From NCBI RefSeq assembly GCF_004010195.1, contig NW_025213749.1, positions 2,798-35,697 of the forward strand: a stretch of 32,900 bases of DNA. Reading direction: 5' to 3'. Below the pieces are notes generated by a model. It was not told the DNA's origin. It worked only from the letters and a program-made list of their open reading frames with translations, and made no database searches. Positions 1 through 11,800 of this stretch are shown here, piece after piece. Each line of letters opens with the position of its first letter. Position 1 is the stretch's first letter. The position numbers were made by a program, and so were the translations under genes. The DNA comes from Chiloscyllium plagiosum (lineage: Eukaryota).

Positions 1-2335
1 GACTCCCTAGACTGACTCTTCGCGACTCACAGTGAATCTCTGTGACTCTGTGACTCTCTGTGAATCTCTCTGATCCTCTGTGACTCTCTGACCCCCGTGA
101 CTCTCTAACTCTCTGTGACTGACTGGGAGTTTGTGACTCTCAGTTACCATCTGGGACACTGTGACTCTCTTTGATGCTCTCTGATTCTCTGTTGGGCTCT
201 GTGTCTCGCTGTGACACTGTGTATCTCTCGTGACTCTCTCACTCTCTGTGACTCTGACACACTGTGACTCTCTGTACGTTTGAGTGGCTCTCTAACCCTC
301 TTTATCTCTCTGTCACTCTCAGTGATACTCAGTGACACTTCCTGACTCCGTAACTCTCTGTGACAATCTGCGACTCTCTCTGAAACTCTGTGATTCTCTG
401 TGACGCTGTGTGACTCTATAAGACTCTCTGACTCTCTGTGACTCTATAACTCTCTGTGAGACTCTGACTATCTATGACACTCTGTGAGTTTCTGTGTCTC
501 TGTGCCTCTCTGTGGCTCACTGACATGCTTTGACTCTCTGTGACTCTCTGTTACTCTATGAGACTCTCTGTGACTCTTTGACTCCCTGTGACTCTCGGTC
601 TCTCTGTGACTCACTGTCTCTCTGTGATTCTCTGTTGCTCTCTGAGACTCTTTGCGACTCTCTGTGATACTCTGTAACACTCTGTGAATCTCTGTGACTC
701 TCTCTGTCTCTCTTTGACACCCCGACTCAATGTGACTCTGCAATATCTGAAGCTAAGCGATATCTGTGTCTTTCTGTGAGTCTCTGAGTCTGTGACTTTG
801 TAACTCTCTGTGACTCTCTGTGACACTTTGTGAGTCTCTGACTCTCTGTGGTTCTCTGTCACTTATTGTGACATTCTGTGGCACTCTGTCTGCGACTCCC
901 TATTACTCTGTGACCTGCTAACTCTCTGTGATTCGCTGACTCACGGTGAATCTCTGTGACTCTCTCTGACTCTCTGTGACAATCTGACTCAATGTGACTC
1001 TGCATGGCACACTAATACAATGTGACTATCTCTGTCTCTCTGTGAGTCTCTCAGTCTCCGACTCTAACTCTCTGTGACACTCTGTGATTTTCTGTGACTT
1101 ATTGTGACATGCTGAGACTTTCAGACTCGCTGAAAATATCTGTGACACTCTAAGTCTCAGTTACTCTGTGTGACTCTTCGTGACTGCTGACTCTCTGTGA
1201 TTCTCTGACTCCCCAAACTGACTCTCGGTGACTCACAGTGAATCTCTGTGGTTCTCTGTAACTCTCTCTGAACCTCTGTGATTCTCTGTGACTCTCTGAC
1301 TCCCTGTGACATTCGGACTCTTTGTGACTGACTATGACTTTGTGACTCTCCTTAGATTAAATTAGATTACTTACAGTATGGAAACAGGCCCTTCGGCCCA
1401 ACAAGTACACACCGCCCCGCCGAAGCGCAACCCACCCATACCCCGACATTGACCCCTTACCGAACACTACGGTCATTTTAGCATGGCCAATTCACCTGAC
1501 CTGCACAGACTCTCTGTGATTATCTGTGACTCTGTGGCTCTCTGTGATTTTCTCTGACTCTCTGCGGGGCTCTGTGAATCTCTGAGACTCTATGAGACTC
1601 TCTGTGACTCTCGCACTCCCTGTGACTCTCTGACACACTGTGACTCTCTGTAAGTTTATGTGATTCTCTAAGTCTCTTTATCTCTCTGTGACTCTCTGCG
1701 ATTCACAATGACTCTCCGTGGGTCCGTAACTCTCAGTGACAATCTGAAACTCTGATTCTGTGTGACTCTGGGTGGCTAATACTCTCTGTGACTCTATAGC
1801 TCTCTGTGAGAATCTGTGACTATCTGTGACACTCTGTGACTCTCTGTGACTCTCTGCCTCTCTGTGACTCTCTGACTGTCCCTAACTCTCTGTGGCTCTC
1901 TGTTACTCTATGAAACTCTCTGTGACTTTCTGTGACACTCTTTGCCTCTCTGCCTCTCTGTGACTCATTGTCTCTCTCTGTGATTTTCAGTTACTCTCTG
2001 AGACACTCTGTGACTCTCTCTGACCCTCTGTGACACTCTGACTCAATGTGACTCTGCGTGACTCTCTGATGCCATGTGAATATTAGTGTCTTTCTTTGAT
2101 TCTGAGTCTCTGTGACTCTGTAACTCCCTTTGACTCTCAATGACTCTCTGTAGTTCTCTGTGACTCATTGTGACATTCTGTGATTCTGACTCGCTGTCAG
2201 TATCTGTGACAATCTGACTCTCTGTGACTCTCTGACTCCCTAGACTCTCTGACTGTCTGTGACTCACTAGGATTCTCTGTGACTCTCGGTCACTCTCTGT
2301 CACAATCTGACTCGGTGACTTTCTGACTCTCTCTG
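1..2335. repeat. Degenerate (CTCTGTGA)n / (CTCTCTGTGA)n satellite-like tandem array
   Basis: Continuous 8-10 bp units 'ctctgtga/gactctct' read directly; the array runs off the window start. The ESHR/TES-rich minus ORFs are translations of this repeat. Confidence 0.95.
1351..1507 (-). mobile_element. 5'-truncated HE1-type SINE (3' half with TAATC tail) inserted in the satellite
   Basis: 'ttagattaaattagattacttacagtatggaaacaggcccttcggcccaacaag...gcatggccaattcacctgacctgcaca' is the reverse complement of the elasmobranch HE1 SINE 3' part as I recall it. It is flanked by GACTCTC at 1344-1350 and 1508-1514 (possible TSD). Confidence 0.85.
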
Positions 2336-2337
2336 GA

Positions 2338-2468
2338 GGAGAAAGTGAGATCTGCAGATGCTGGAGATCAGAGCTGAAAATGTGTTGCTGGAAAAGAGCA
2401 GCAGGTCACGCAGCATCCAGGGAACAGGAGAATCGACGTTTCGGGCATAAGCCCTTCTCCAGGAATGA
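2338..2468 (-). mobile_element. Penelope pseudo-LTR fragment (family A) with degenerate hammerhead motif
   Basis: The minus strand reads attc-CTGGAGA-a-GGGC-ttat-GCCC-GAAACGTC-gatt followed by 'ggatgctgcgtgacctgctgc...ccagcatctgcag'. The same sequence recurs at 4417-4635, 5838-5932, 8245-8376, 11801-12010 and 15850-15910. Confidence 0.8.
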
Positions 2469-2477
2469 CTCTCTCTC

Positions 2478-3492
2478 CCTATTACTGGTTTCACTAGCAA
2501 TGGGCACCGGCAAAAAAAGAGATAATATCTCTATTTGCTCTAAGCTTCCACCCTATACGTCTGAATTCCTGCCATAAATCCGGATGCATTTTCCAACCTT
2601 TCTCATTCGTAAATACGTGGATCAAGTCTTGGGGTGCTCTTTTCCCCCTCAAGGATCTCGAAAACTTCATTGCGACATCACTAACCCTGACACCTGCGAG
2701 GTAACCCATTAAACATGAGTCTCTCTATTTATCACATAATGACCTATCTGTCCCTTTGGCGTTGCATCCTCAATGACGAATGCTCTGCTAATCGCCGCCC
2801 CCCTTCCTTTCCGGGCAACAAGGCAAGACTCTGTGCCAGAGACTTGTACCCCATGGTTTACCTGTGATAAGCTACTCTTCCCAACAATATCCAAAGCAGA
2901 ATAATGTTATTGAGGGGAACGGCTTCGAGGCTACCTGCACTGCCTGCCGGTTCGCTTTCCGTCTCCTGACTGTAACTTTAGAACATAGAAAACTTACAGT
3001 GTGGGAACAGCACCTTTCCACCCAACATGTCCATACCGACCCTCCGAAGATTAACCCCCCCCCCCCCCATATCCACATCCTTATTGCTCTACCTTTCCCC
3101 TGACTAATGCACCTAACACTATGGGCAATTTAGAATGGCCAATCCAACAAACCTGCACATCTTTCGAACGTGGGAGTAAACCGGAGCACTTGGAGAAAAC
3201 CCACGCAGAAGCAGGGAAAACGTGCTGACTCCACACACAGTTAACTGAGGCCGCAATCGAACACGGGTCCATGGTACTGTGAGGCTTCTTGCACCTGATG
3301 TTTGACTACCTCCCACTAACTCCTCTCAATAACGTCTGCCACCTCCCGAGTAATCCGAGGTTCATCCAGCTCCATCTCGACTTGCTTAATGCGGTTTTCA
3401 AGGAGATGGAGTTGGATGCTGCAGTTGAAGTCAGCAGCGACATGACTAATGACCCTTCCCTCCCATATTCTATAGAAGGAACATGCAATTGC
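2478..3492 (-). mobile_element. CR1-clade LINE ORF1 relic (zinc finger, coiled coil, SGNH esterase), interrupted by a SINE
   Basis: Minus translations are IACSFYRIWEGRV...DFNC..QLHLLENRIKQVEMELDE (3290-3492), VTVRRRKANRQAVQ, SRAFVI and GVRVSDV...IHVFTNEKG...QEFRRIGWKLRA (2494-2894). These align with the ORF1 copy at 32344-32900 (GARVRDV...VHVGTNNIG...QELRELGWKLKA). Confidence 0.85.
2978..3286 (-). mobile_element. Near full-length HE1-type tRNA-derived V-SINE
   Basis: The minus strand has a tRNA-like head 'gcctcacagtaccatggacccgtGTTCGAttgc' (B-box), a V-core-like 'gcgtgggttttctccaagtgctccggtttactccc' and a CR1-type tail. It shares 'atggccaat...acctgcaca' with 1351-1507. Confidence 0.85.
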
Positions 3493-3499
3493 TTTTCAA

Positions 3500-5836
3500 A
3501 ATTATGCCACATTCCTCTGTTTGGAGTATCCTCTAAACGTTGAGTTGTCCCAGTCGAATTTGTGATCCTTGTCATCTGTATGATTAGCTACCAGGGATAT
3601 CAGTCCATGATATTTAGTGGGCGCTTGGAGTTCGTGGATGCAGATTGATAATTGTCTGCCTGTTTGTCCTGTATTATATTTCGTGCAGTCTTCGCATGGC
3701 ATATTGTAAATTACGTTTGTTTTGCACAAGGTGGGTGCAGAGTCTTTTGTCCGCATGAGTTGTTGGCTGAGCGTGGCTGCCGGTTTCTGGGCTGTCATGG
3801 ATCCCAGTCTTCGGTGAAGTCTGGCTGTCAGTTCTGAAGATTTTTTTAATGTAATGTATAGAAGCCACTGATTTAGGTTGTGCCATTTCCTCTTCGTGTT
3901 GTCTGATAGGTATCTGCAGATATCGTTGTGGCATACCTGGTCTTGGCAAATACTCTGTAGAGGTGTTCTTTTTCTTCGCTTCTTAGATCGAGAGTGCTGC
4001 AGTGTGATGCAGCCCTTGTGAAAAGTTTCCTCATGCAACGTTTATTTTGTGTGTTCGTGCTGTTGCTGTTGTAGCACAGAAACTGGTCGGTATGCGTGGC
4101 TTTGCTCTCCCCTTTTGTGGTGCATTCATCATTTCGTGTTCTTTCCGTTACAACATCTCAGAATGGGAGTTATTTGTTGGTTACCTCCTCTCTCTGAAAA
4201 CTTACCCTGTGACCATGGCGTTGATAAATTGGAGTGAGTTCACAATTTCTTTTGTCTTCATGATAGCAGGAGTGTCGTCCACGTACCTGACATAGAGCTT
4301 AGGCTGGATTTGTGGGAAGGTTATTTCTTTGTTCCAGGCTTTGAATCACTGCTTCTGCTATGAGCTCAGATTTGGGTGTGCTGATAGGTATTCCATTGAT
4401 CTGTTCTTACAAATGGATCGAGAGTGTGGTGCTGGAAGGTACAGCAGGTCAGGCAGCATCTGAGGAGCAGTAAAATCGACGTTACAAGCTAAAAGCCTTC
4501 ATCAGGAAGGATTAAGTTTTTGTTTTCCAGAAACGTCGATTTTACTACATTTCGGGTGCTGCCTAACCTGCTGTAATTTTCCAGCCGCTCCCTGTCAACT
4601 GTAATCTCGAGCATCTGCAGTCCTCACTTTCGCCTTGCTCTTGCATGTTGTTGTTTGATATGAAGTGTGTCGCCAAGCACAGGCTAGTAATTTGCGTATG
4701 CCATCCTTGTTGATAGGGTCCCCGTCGTGTTTTCTGTTCTGCTAATCCAGAAGTTTGGCTATTGCCTGTCTGTTTCGAACTTGGTCAAATTATGTGAATA
4801 GAACCGTTATGTCAAATGAGTCTATTGCTTGTCTATGATTATGTTCTTGACGTTGTCTAGGAATCCCTGTGATGATTGTATGGAGTGTTTGGGTCCGCAG
4901 AGAATATCTTTTAGTTTTTGTTCAAGCTCTTTTGCCAGTTTACACGATAGAGTTCCAGGTGGTGCCAAAATGTGGCGAAGCAGTACGTCTGGTTTGTGAT
5001 ACTTTAGGTAATCCATAAAATATTGCGCTGTTGTTGCTCCTTGGTTTCATCCTTTGTAGGTCAGTGCTGATTATTTGTCCATTTATTGGAGGTCTCGTCG
5101 TGTGTTGTTAGTTTTATTTGTTACCTGTAGCGTGGGGCGACACTGCTTCTATAGGTAGGTGTCAGTATCTGCAAGTAGTTCTTCTGCTTTCTGAATATGT
5201 TCGATCTTGTCCATGATAACCGTCATTCTGCCTTTGTCCGCTGGTATTATGATTATATTCTTGTCATTTTCGAGTACTATTAGGGCTTCTCTGTCTGTGA
5301 TGTTGACGTTGTTCATTTGTCGTTTCCTTCTTAGTCAGGGTATAACGGTTTGTCAGACTGTTTGCTGTGTCTTTTCAGTTAGTCTGTTAGTTTTGAGCGT
5401 TTATTCCAGTGCGCCTAAAACGTCTGTTCTATTTTTCTTCCTGTAGTTGAGCTCCTTGGCTAGTAGGGCTTTATGTCTGTATCTGGAAGCTATCTGTTGG
5501 AGTGGTTTTTTTGCCAAGTTTGTCGTGTTGTCTTCGCTGATGTTGGTTTGCTTGCACATTTTATCTCATAATGCAGTTCTCTTTCAGGATGAAGATCAAT
5601 TCTGCCCTCTGGGTGTGACCTATTTGATTGGCGTGGTCGACTTCTGATTGATTTTTTTTTTTAAACTCGGGATTTGTGGCACGCGGTTTCTTGCATGGAC
5701 TTGTATATTTTGTTTGGGGCGACTGTAATCGTAATCTGTTTAATCTTGAGACTGTTTTGTCTGAGTATTCCCCTGCTTGTTGCTGGTTGATTGATAATTC
5801 GTATCTGAGACAGAACAACAAGGACTGCATACACAA
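3500..5836 (-). mobile_element. Penelope-like retroelement (lineage 1), decayed RT plus GIY-YIG endonuclease
   Basis: Minus-strand motifs in order: IIIPADKGRMTVIMD (~5205-5255), YGLPK (~5010), SFDITVLFT (~4795-4820), QINGIP...LIAEAV (~4345-4405), RYVDDT (~4270-4290), NVIYNMPCEDCTKYNTGQTGRQL..IHE, HKFDWDN. Many stops and frameshifts. Confidence 0.92.
4417..4635. mobile_element. Inverted pair of family-A pseudo-LTR fragments inserted in the Penelope RT
   Basis: 4417-4508 (gtgctggaa..agcaggtcaggcagcatc..aaatcgacgtt) is the approximate reverse complement of 4528-4590 (aaacgtcgattt..gtgctgcctaacctgctg..ttccagc). RT coding sequence resumes on both sides. Confidence 0.8.
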
Positions 5837-5837
5837 A

Positions 5838-5932
5838 GTCTAGATTAGAGTGGCGCTGGAAAAGCACAATAGGTCAGGCAGCATCCGAGGTGCAGGAAAA
5901 TCGACATTTCGGGCAAGAGCGCTCCATCAGGA
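5838..5932 (-). mobile_element. Family-A pseudo-LTR fragment with degenerate hammerhead
   Basis: The minus strand reads c-CTGATGG-agcgctcttgccc-GAAATGTC-gatt. It is homologous to 2338-2468 and 8245-8376. Confidence 0.75.
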
Positions 5933-6790
5933 CGCTTTGATTATCTTGAAAAGAACAGAAATCGAGAACACACATTGCATCATTGACACCATGCTAACAG
6001 GGTTTAGATTTATGAGAAAGGGAGAAAGCAACAACCAATTCCTATTCTTAGATATGATCGCGCAAAGAACAGAAAACGTTGATAGTTTCATTTACCGATA
6101 CCCAACAGATAATCAAAGCGAAGAGGATATGCCATGAGCTCACTCGCTCGTCTGAGACATTTTACACATTAAACCTTTTTTTTAATAACAAACTTCTCCG
6201 ACAACTGGGATTTATGACACTCACAATCCGACAATCACACTCAGACAAAGACTCACCAGAACAAAAGGACCGATGCCCGTCATGTGCAAGAGAAATATAA
6301 TTTACACGTTTCCATGGAAAGGCTGCACCCAACACTACAGAGTACAAACTGGCAGACGGCCAGCAATCCACACCCATGAACAAAAACACGCCAATATACT
6401 CCACGTCCAGCAGCTTCTAATAAACACACACACACACAGTTCGTGGGAAAATGTCTGCCACCCTTCCAACCCACGTTACACCCACAAAAGCAAAATTGGA
6501 CAAAACTATCAAAAAAAAGAATGCCCAAGCAGACTTTCACGCCAAACCAGACAACCCACACAGGCAAGGGAATACACTTCAAGCTGTCAATAACAATGAC
6601 AGAGCATCACTAATATCCCAAAACCCCTAGAGGAGTTTCACAACCAGCAATTCCAAACGCACACAAAGAGCAGTTCAGACAGAGAGGCATTAGCAAAGAC
6701 ATTGTTCCCACAACAAGTGAATGGAAGAACCTCACCACGTCAGAGGAGACATTAACAGCTACCTTTGAAAAGAAATGGAACCACTGATGT
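5932..6790 (+). mobile_element. Rearranged Penelope (lineage 1) fragments: post-DD RT, GIY-YIG, RT thumb
   Basis: DALIILKRTEIENTHCII...NNQFLFLDM (post-catalytic RT region) and RNIIYTFPWKGCTQHYRVQTGR..IHTHEQ (GIY-YIG, paralogous to 3620-3720). Weaker thumb-like sequence lies at 6500-6790. Confidence 0.8.
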
Positions 6791-7084
6791 TGTTAAGAAG
6801 TTGCATTGTGTGAAGGAACAGGACATTCTGCCGATAACTGTTTTCCAATTTGCATCCTTGTAACTAGACGACTCATTTCCAGATGCATTGTATTTTCCCA
6901 TTTCTTAATCAGTCTTATTGTACAGCATTATTATAAAAATTGTGTCATCCTCAGCTCTGTGAAGAGTATCCATAACTTTCTGGGCAGACTGTACTGTTTT
7001 CGCTTGGTCAGTTTATATTCCATGATATTGCCATAATAATAAACTGTTTGATATTTTTACTTCGAACTGTGCTCTGTGATCTCT

Positions 7085-7440
7085 AAACTATTGGGCAAAT
7101 TTCTCTGACACAAGTGACAAGGACGACGAATTCGACCAGAACAACATAATTATGATAGGACACAATAAAGAAAAGATTGTCAGGGAATTCATAGAAGAAT
7201 GACTTTCAACCACGGACTCCATTAGCAAACACATAGACCGAGACCCAGTATGATGGACATAACAATGAATTACGTCAACCAGCAACCTGAAGCAAAGTAA
7301 CGGAACCAAATAAATTCCACAAGTTACAGTAAAGTAGCACTTCAGAGGAGGCTCCAAAGCACTAAAGATCTCACTTAGACAGGGAAACTAAAACGTCTGC
7401 ACATCAACTTTCTAGCTCGGCAAACATACCCGCAATTACG
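7085..7440 (+). mobile_element. Penelope (lineage 1) 3' end with pseudo-LTR and degenerate family-B hammerhead
   Basis: DKDDEFDQNNIIMIGHNKEKIVREFIEE*LSTTDSISKHIDRDP is the endonuclease C-terminus. It is followed by gca-CTAAAGA-tctcacttagacagggaaact-AAAACGTC-tgc at 7359-7400. Confidence 0.8.
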
Positions 7441-7859
7441 ACAATTGTAGATATTGATTGCGAAGTAGTTATGCAGGCAGTTATGTCTGAAAAATCCTGA
7501 GAAACGGATAGCAAAATAGAAAAGCAGATTGCACCAGTCTCAGATATTAAAAACTGCACATATATCAGTACAGAGAGAAATGAGACATCGGTACAAGAAA
7601 TTGGCAGGCATCTGAGTGTGAGATTAATGAACACATCGTTGGATACCGAGGGATAAAGATAACGGTGTCTAGTGAATATGATAAAAATAAAGACCTGCTC
7701 AGATGTCGTCAGTTCAATAATTCTATTATTGTGGCTAACCATATACCTTTGTCAGACCTGATAATGCAACAATGAAGAAAACTCAGTTTCCTTTGGTTTG
7801 ACATTGATAATGCAATTACAACGTCCGTAAGCGACAGGCAAATGTCTAACTAATTGACC

Positions 7860-8376
7860 TTTAACGTTGTTGAAGTCCACATTGATGCCCTGGGTTTGAA
7901 GTGTTCCGAGTCGGAAGATGAGGCGTTGTTACTCCAGGCGTCTGGAGGTGAGGGAGCGGTGGTGAAGGAGGCCCGGGACCTCCATGTCCTCGGCAGAGTG
8001 GGAGGGGGAGTTGAACAGTTTTCGCATTTCCCCTTCCCCACTTCACCCCAGTTCCAAACTTGTCGCTCAGCACTGTCCCCATGACTTGTCCTACCAGCCT
8101 ATCTTCTTTTCCACCTAAAGACTCCACCCTCCCCCAAACCTATCACCATCCTCCATACCCCACTCACCTACTGTACTCTATGCTACTTTCTCCCCACCCC
8201 CAACCTCCTCTCACTTATCTCTCCACCCTTCAGCCTCTCTGCCTGTATTCTTCATGAAGGGCTTTTGCCCAAAACGTCGATTTTACTGCGCCTCGGATGC
8301 TGCCTAAACTGCTGCGCTGTTCCAGCACCACTAATTCAGAATCTGGTTTCCAGCATCTGCCGTCATTGTTTTTACA
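7860..8376. mobile_element. Penelope-like lineage 2 terminal fragment with inversion
   Basis: 7860-8020 on minus encodes FNSPSHSAEDMEVPGLLH...RLIFRLGTLQTQGINVDFN (GIY-YIG C-terminus). 8020-8376 on plus is a C-rich pseudo-LTR with a family-A motif near its end (ttcatgaagggcttttgcccaaaacgtcga). Confidence 0.82.
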
Positions 8377-9984
8377 TAATAAGTGGTGTTTGTCAGTTTG
8401 GGCTTTCCTCATGTCCCAGCATGTGTCAACCATAACCGTATGAAGCTGCTTGAAATGGCGAAGAGTGAGATGATGGATTTGCATCTCAGCATTGTTCTGA
8501 TCTTCACTGGCATGATTGCGGATTAATGTTTTTGGCTCGACTGCACAGCGCAATGCTTCCGATGTTTAAATTGTTAACCGTGGGAATCAATATGAAAGGG
8601 AGCCAAATAACGAAAGCGCTGTGAAACCAGACAATTGCTTTACCAAAATCAGAGGAGAAGAAAGATGCATTTCCCGGCATCTCCGCTGCATTCTGTCAAT
8701 TTGTGTCTCAGGTTCCAACGAAAGCAAACATTGGATCTATTTCAAAAAGACAAAGAAAACGAGAAATGAAACAACTATGGCCGCCGTTCGTTCAGTGCAG
8801 TGCGTTGCCTTAAAATTCCGGCAGCAGATCAGTATAAATTGGTCGAAACTAAAGGAAACATTGAACCCCACAGAAAAATAAAGAATAACAACTTTCGTGA
8901 ATGTACAAATGGAGGTTTGCGATAGGAATGAAGTTTGAAAGTGGCAACTCAAAATATGATATATTAAAACATTGCTGAGCATGACCAGAGACACCCTTGG
9001 GAACAGCACAATTTCCTCGAAAAAGAACCACAATTGTCAGCCGGTTCGCTGTGAGACATTAAAACAGGTGGTCATGCTCCATTGTCTGGTGAAAATTCTA
9101 ATGGATACAACTGTACAGCAACTGTTACCATTATCAGCGTGATCACAAACTATCGTTTCAGAAGATGATTTGTTAGAATGCAATTACCTAAGAACCCCTG
9201 CTATAAAGCGTAATAATCTGTTACAAGTCCATGTCTTGAAAAGGAACTGAGTGACAAAAAAAATCCGCTCAACTTGTTCTACTAAACCTTATAACAACTG
9301 CAACATAATCAGATTAAATTACGAGTAAACTGAAAAGTAAGGGTTGGCCAAACAATAGAAACAACTACCAACAGCTCAAGTAAAACAAAACAAAATGCAT
9401 ATAGTAGAAATCTGAAACTAAAATAGAAATTATTGCAAGAACTCACTACTTCAGAAACATTACCTCTGTTCTTCTCTGCACGGATACTGCCAGCATTTTA
9501 TCAGCCATGTCTAGTTTTGCAACTGATATTCGTGACTTTGTATAAGTGTGTGGCATTATTCTACATTGCGAGCGAGAAAGAAGAGAGACAGTTCACACAT
9601 GATAAGAATACAAAATAAAGTACCCTAACAGGCACATAAATGGCTGACAAAATCGGATAGTAAATGTTTTCATGAACAGAATCGCTGGTTGTCCCATTAT
9701 CGATAATAGTACGAAAATCGAGTAGCAGCCACAGGAATGATACACGGCTGAGTCAGTGGAAGTAATTATCCATTTATACATACATCATGTCTCCTGTGAC
9801 CAACCCAAATTACATCATTACTATCACTATTTACAACTGTTCAATTACTATACGCAGATAAGTTTAATTTGGCTCCAGTCACTCGAAACAGCCCAGTGTC
9901 CATTAAATACAAGAAATGCTGACAGGCCATCCTGGCAGGTCACGCAAACTGCAAGCATGCCAAGTCATAATGACTTTATGAGGG

Positions 9985-10128
9985 AATTTGCTACTTACTG
10001 GCATTGTGGGACAAACCATTGCAAGTGGTCTGTAGCGATGAAGAAGGCATCTCACCTTCTCCAAGGCAAATAGTATGCTCAATTACTGCTGGCGATCAAG
10101 CAACGCCCAAATAAAGTCCCATGGAATA
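9985..10128 (+). mobile_element. Old LINE-type 3' tail fragment
   Basis: 'ctgtagcgatgaagaaggcatctcaccttctccaaggcaaatag...tgctggc...gcaacgccc' resembles a recalled shark LINE 3' end. It is related in reverse to the tail of the SINE at 28793. Confidence 0.5.
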
Positions 10129-10514
10129 TAACGTGGATCGTTGCACAGAATTGCAAACGATCTCAGTGACATGTTAAAATCATAATCAGTCTCCAATCTA
10201 TATTTACAGTTCCAGTCAGTTTTGGTATCTGACAGAAGTCAGATTTCTGTTTAGATATTATAATAATAATATGAAGGTATTGAAAATAGAGAGGTTTTTG
10301 ACATCCCATCATAATGTTTACTTTCATGTTGATATCTAATCGATTACTTTTTCAGAATTGTATTTGGAATATAATGTGGTGAAAGGCGATTCAAGTTTCT
10401 GGGAAGAATGGAAATGAGACTAAACGTTTCTATTCAAAATAATGGGAAATTTTTAAACATTGTAGTCCATCGATATTTTCATATCAGAAATTTAACATGA
10501 TGGTATATTCCTTT

Positions 10515-10860
10515 TGCGTTCCTCCTTCACACACACATACACACTCACTCAATCTCTCTCTCACGCACACATACGCCCACATAAGCAAACACACTGTCAT
10601 GCATTTGCACACTTTGAGTAACTCACACATTCTTGCAGACACACGCATTCTCTCACAGACGCTCAAATGTCGGGAATTACAAACCCAAGGTCTTACAGAA
10701 TTTTGCAATTGTACACAAATATCTCACAAACATTCAATCAATATCTCTCACTCAAAGGAACGCAACCATAAACTTTCACTGGCTCACAGTTACATATATT
10801 TCCTCACAGTCACACTCACGCTCACTCCCTCACAAATATCAACAAGCAAGCATATGCATC
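10515..10860. repeat. CA/CT-rich low-complexity tract
   Basis: Recurrent cacacacatacacactcactc / ctctcacgcacac motifs; the H/T/S-rich ORFs here derive from it. Confidence 0.7.
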
Positions 10861-11800
10861 TCTGGGAACAGAGGTTATTTTTAAGCTGCTTATGATTTTA
10901 TGTTTAACAGCATTGCATTTGAAGTCAGTTATAAGCAGTTTATAACTTCCTGTTTTCGAGATAAATCAATCTGATCACGAGTTAAAACTCTGATAGGTTC
11001 AGAAAAAAGATGCTTCAACAACTCCATTTGAGTGGTTAACCTGACATGGCATATTTTGTAAATTCATATCACTTTGTTTCAAATTTGGATTGCTGGCAAG
11101 GCCCTGCTAAAGCACTACGTTATTTCATAAGATTGATTTCAAAGAGGTTCTGCAATTTGCATTTTCGTCAATAGAAACTAATGTATACTTTCTAGATGAG
11201 TTATCCATACCTGCTTCTGCAAACAAACTGTCATTTCTCAAATTCAATGTCGATTCAATTAAAACATCTTTTGATCCATTAACCATTCCCGTGTGGTGAT
11301 AGAATTCCAGATGCAAATAGAAGTTTTCTTCATTCATGCATCCATCGAGTTAGTTGATATTGTCCTGCCTCAGCCGAGCATCTAAAAAGCACTGGCTAGT
11401 TTCCGTCTGGATTTCATTTGCAGAAGTCTGAGAGATGTCCAAAGGGTTAGGTGTGTCTTAATCTGCAAACCCGAAATGAAGGTCACACAGCACTGTCATT
11501 TTCTCTTTTAAAACAGTAAATAGAAGAATGAGTGGGGCTTGGCAATCATTGTCCATTTGAATGCAACGTTGATTCAACAGAACGATAGCTGCAAAATGAG
11601 AGTTCAAAGTTCAAGGACTGGAATGACACAAACGTGGCGTCAATTTTAAATGATCTGAAGTGATGAAATATTTTCAATATAATAATCAAAACTGCGGAGA
11701 CATATAAGGAGAAATTCACCATGCTTCTTTTTTTCTGGAATTAAGACTTGAATAACCATCTAACAAATTAGCAGTACATTGAAAACCTTTCAACGATAAG

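Noticed and set aside
144..2303. ESHR/TES-rich minus-strand ORFs
   Set aside because: They are translations of the satellite, whose minus strand is poor in stop codons.
3240..3286. tRNA gene (also ~29060-29157)
   Set aside because: These are tRNA-like SINE heads with no complete cloverleaf.
3502..4038. Longest ORF (178 aa) as a functional GIY-YIG gene
   Set aside because: It is a frameshift chimera within a decayed Penelope element, and the motifs are degraded.
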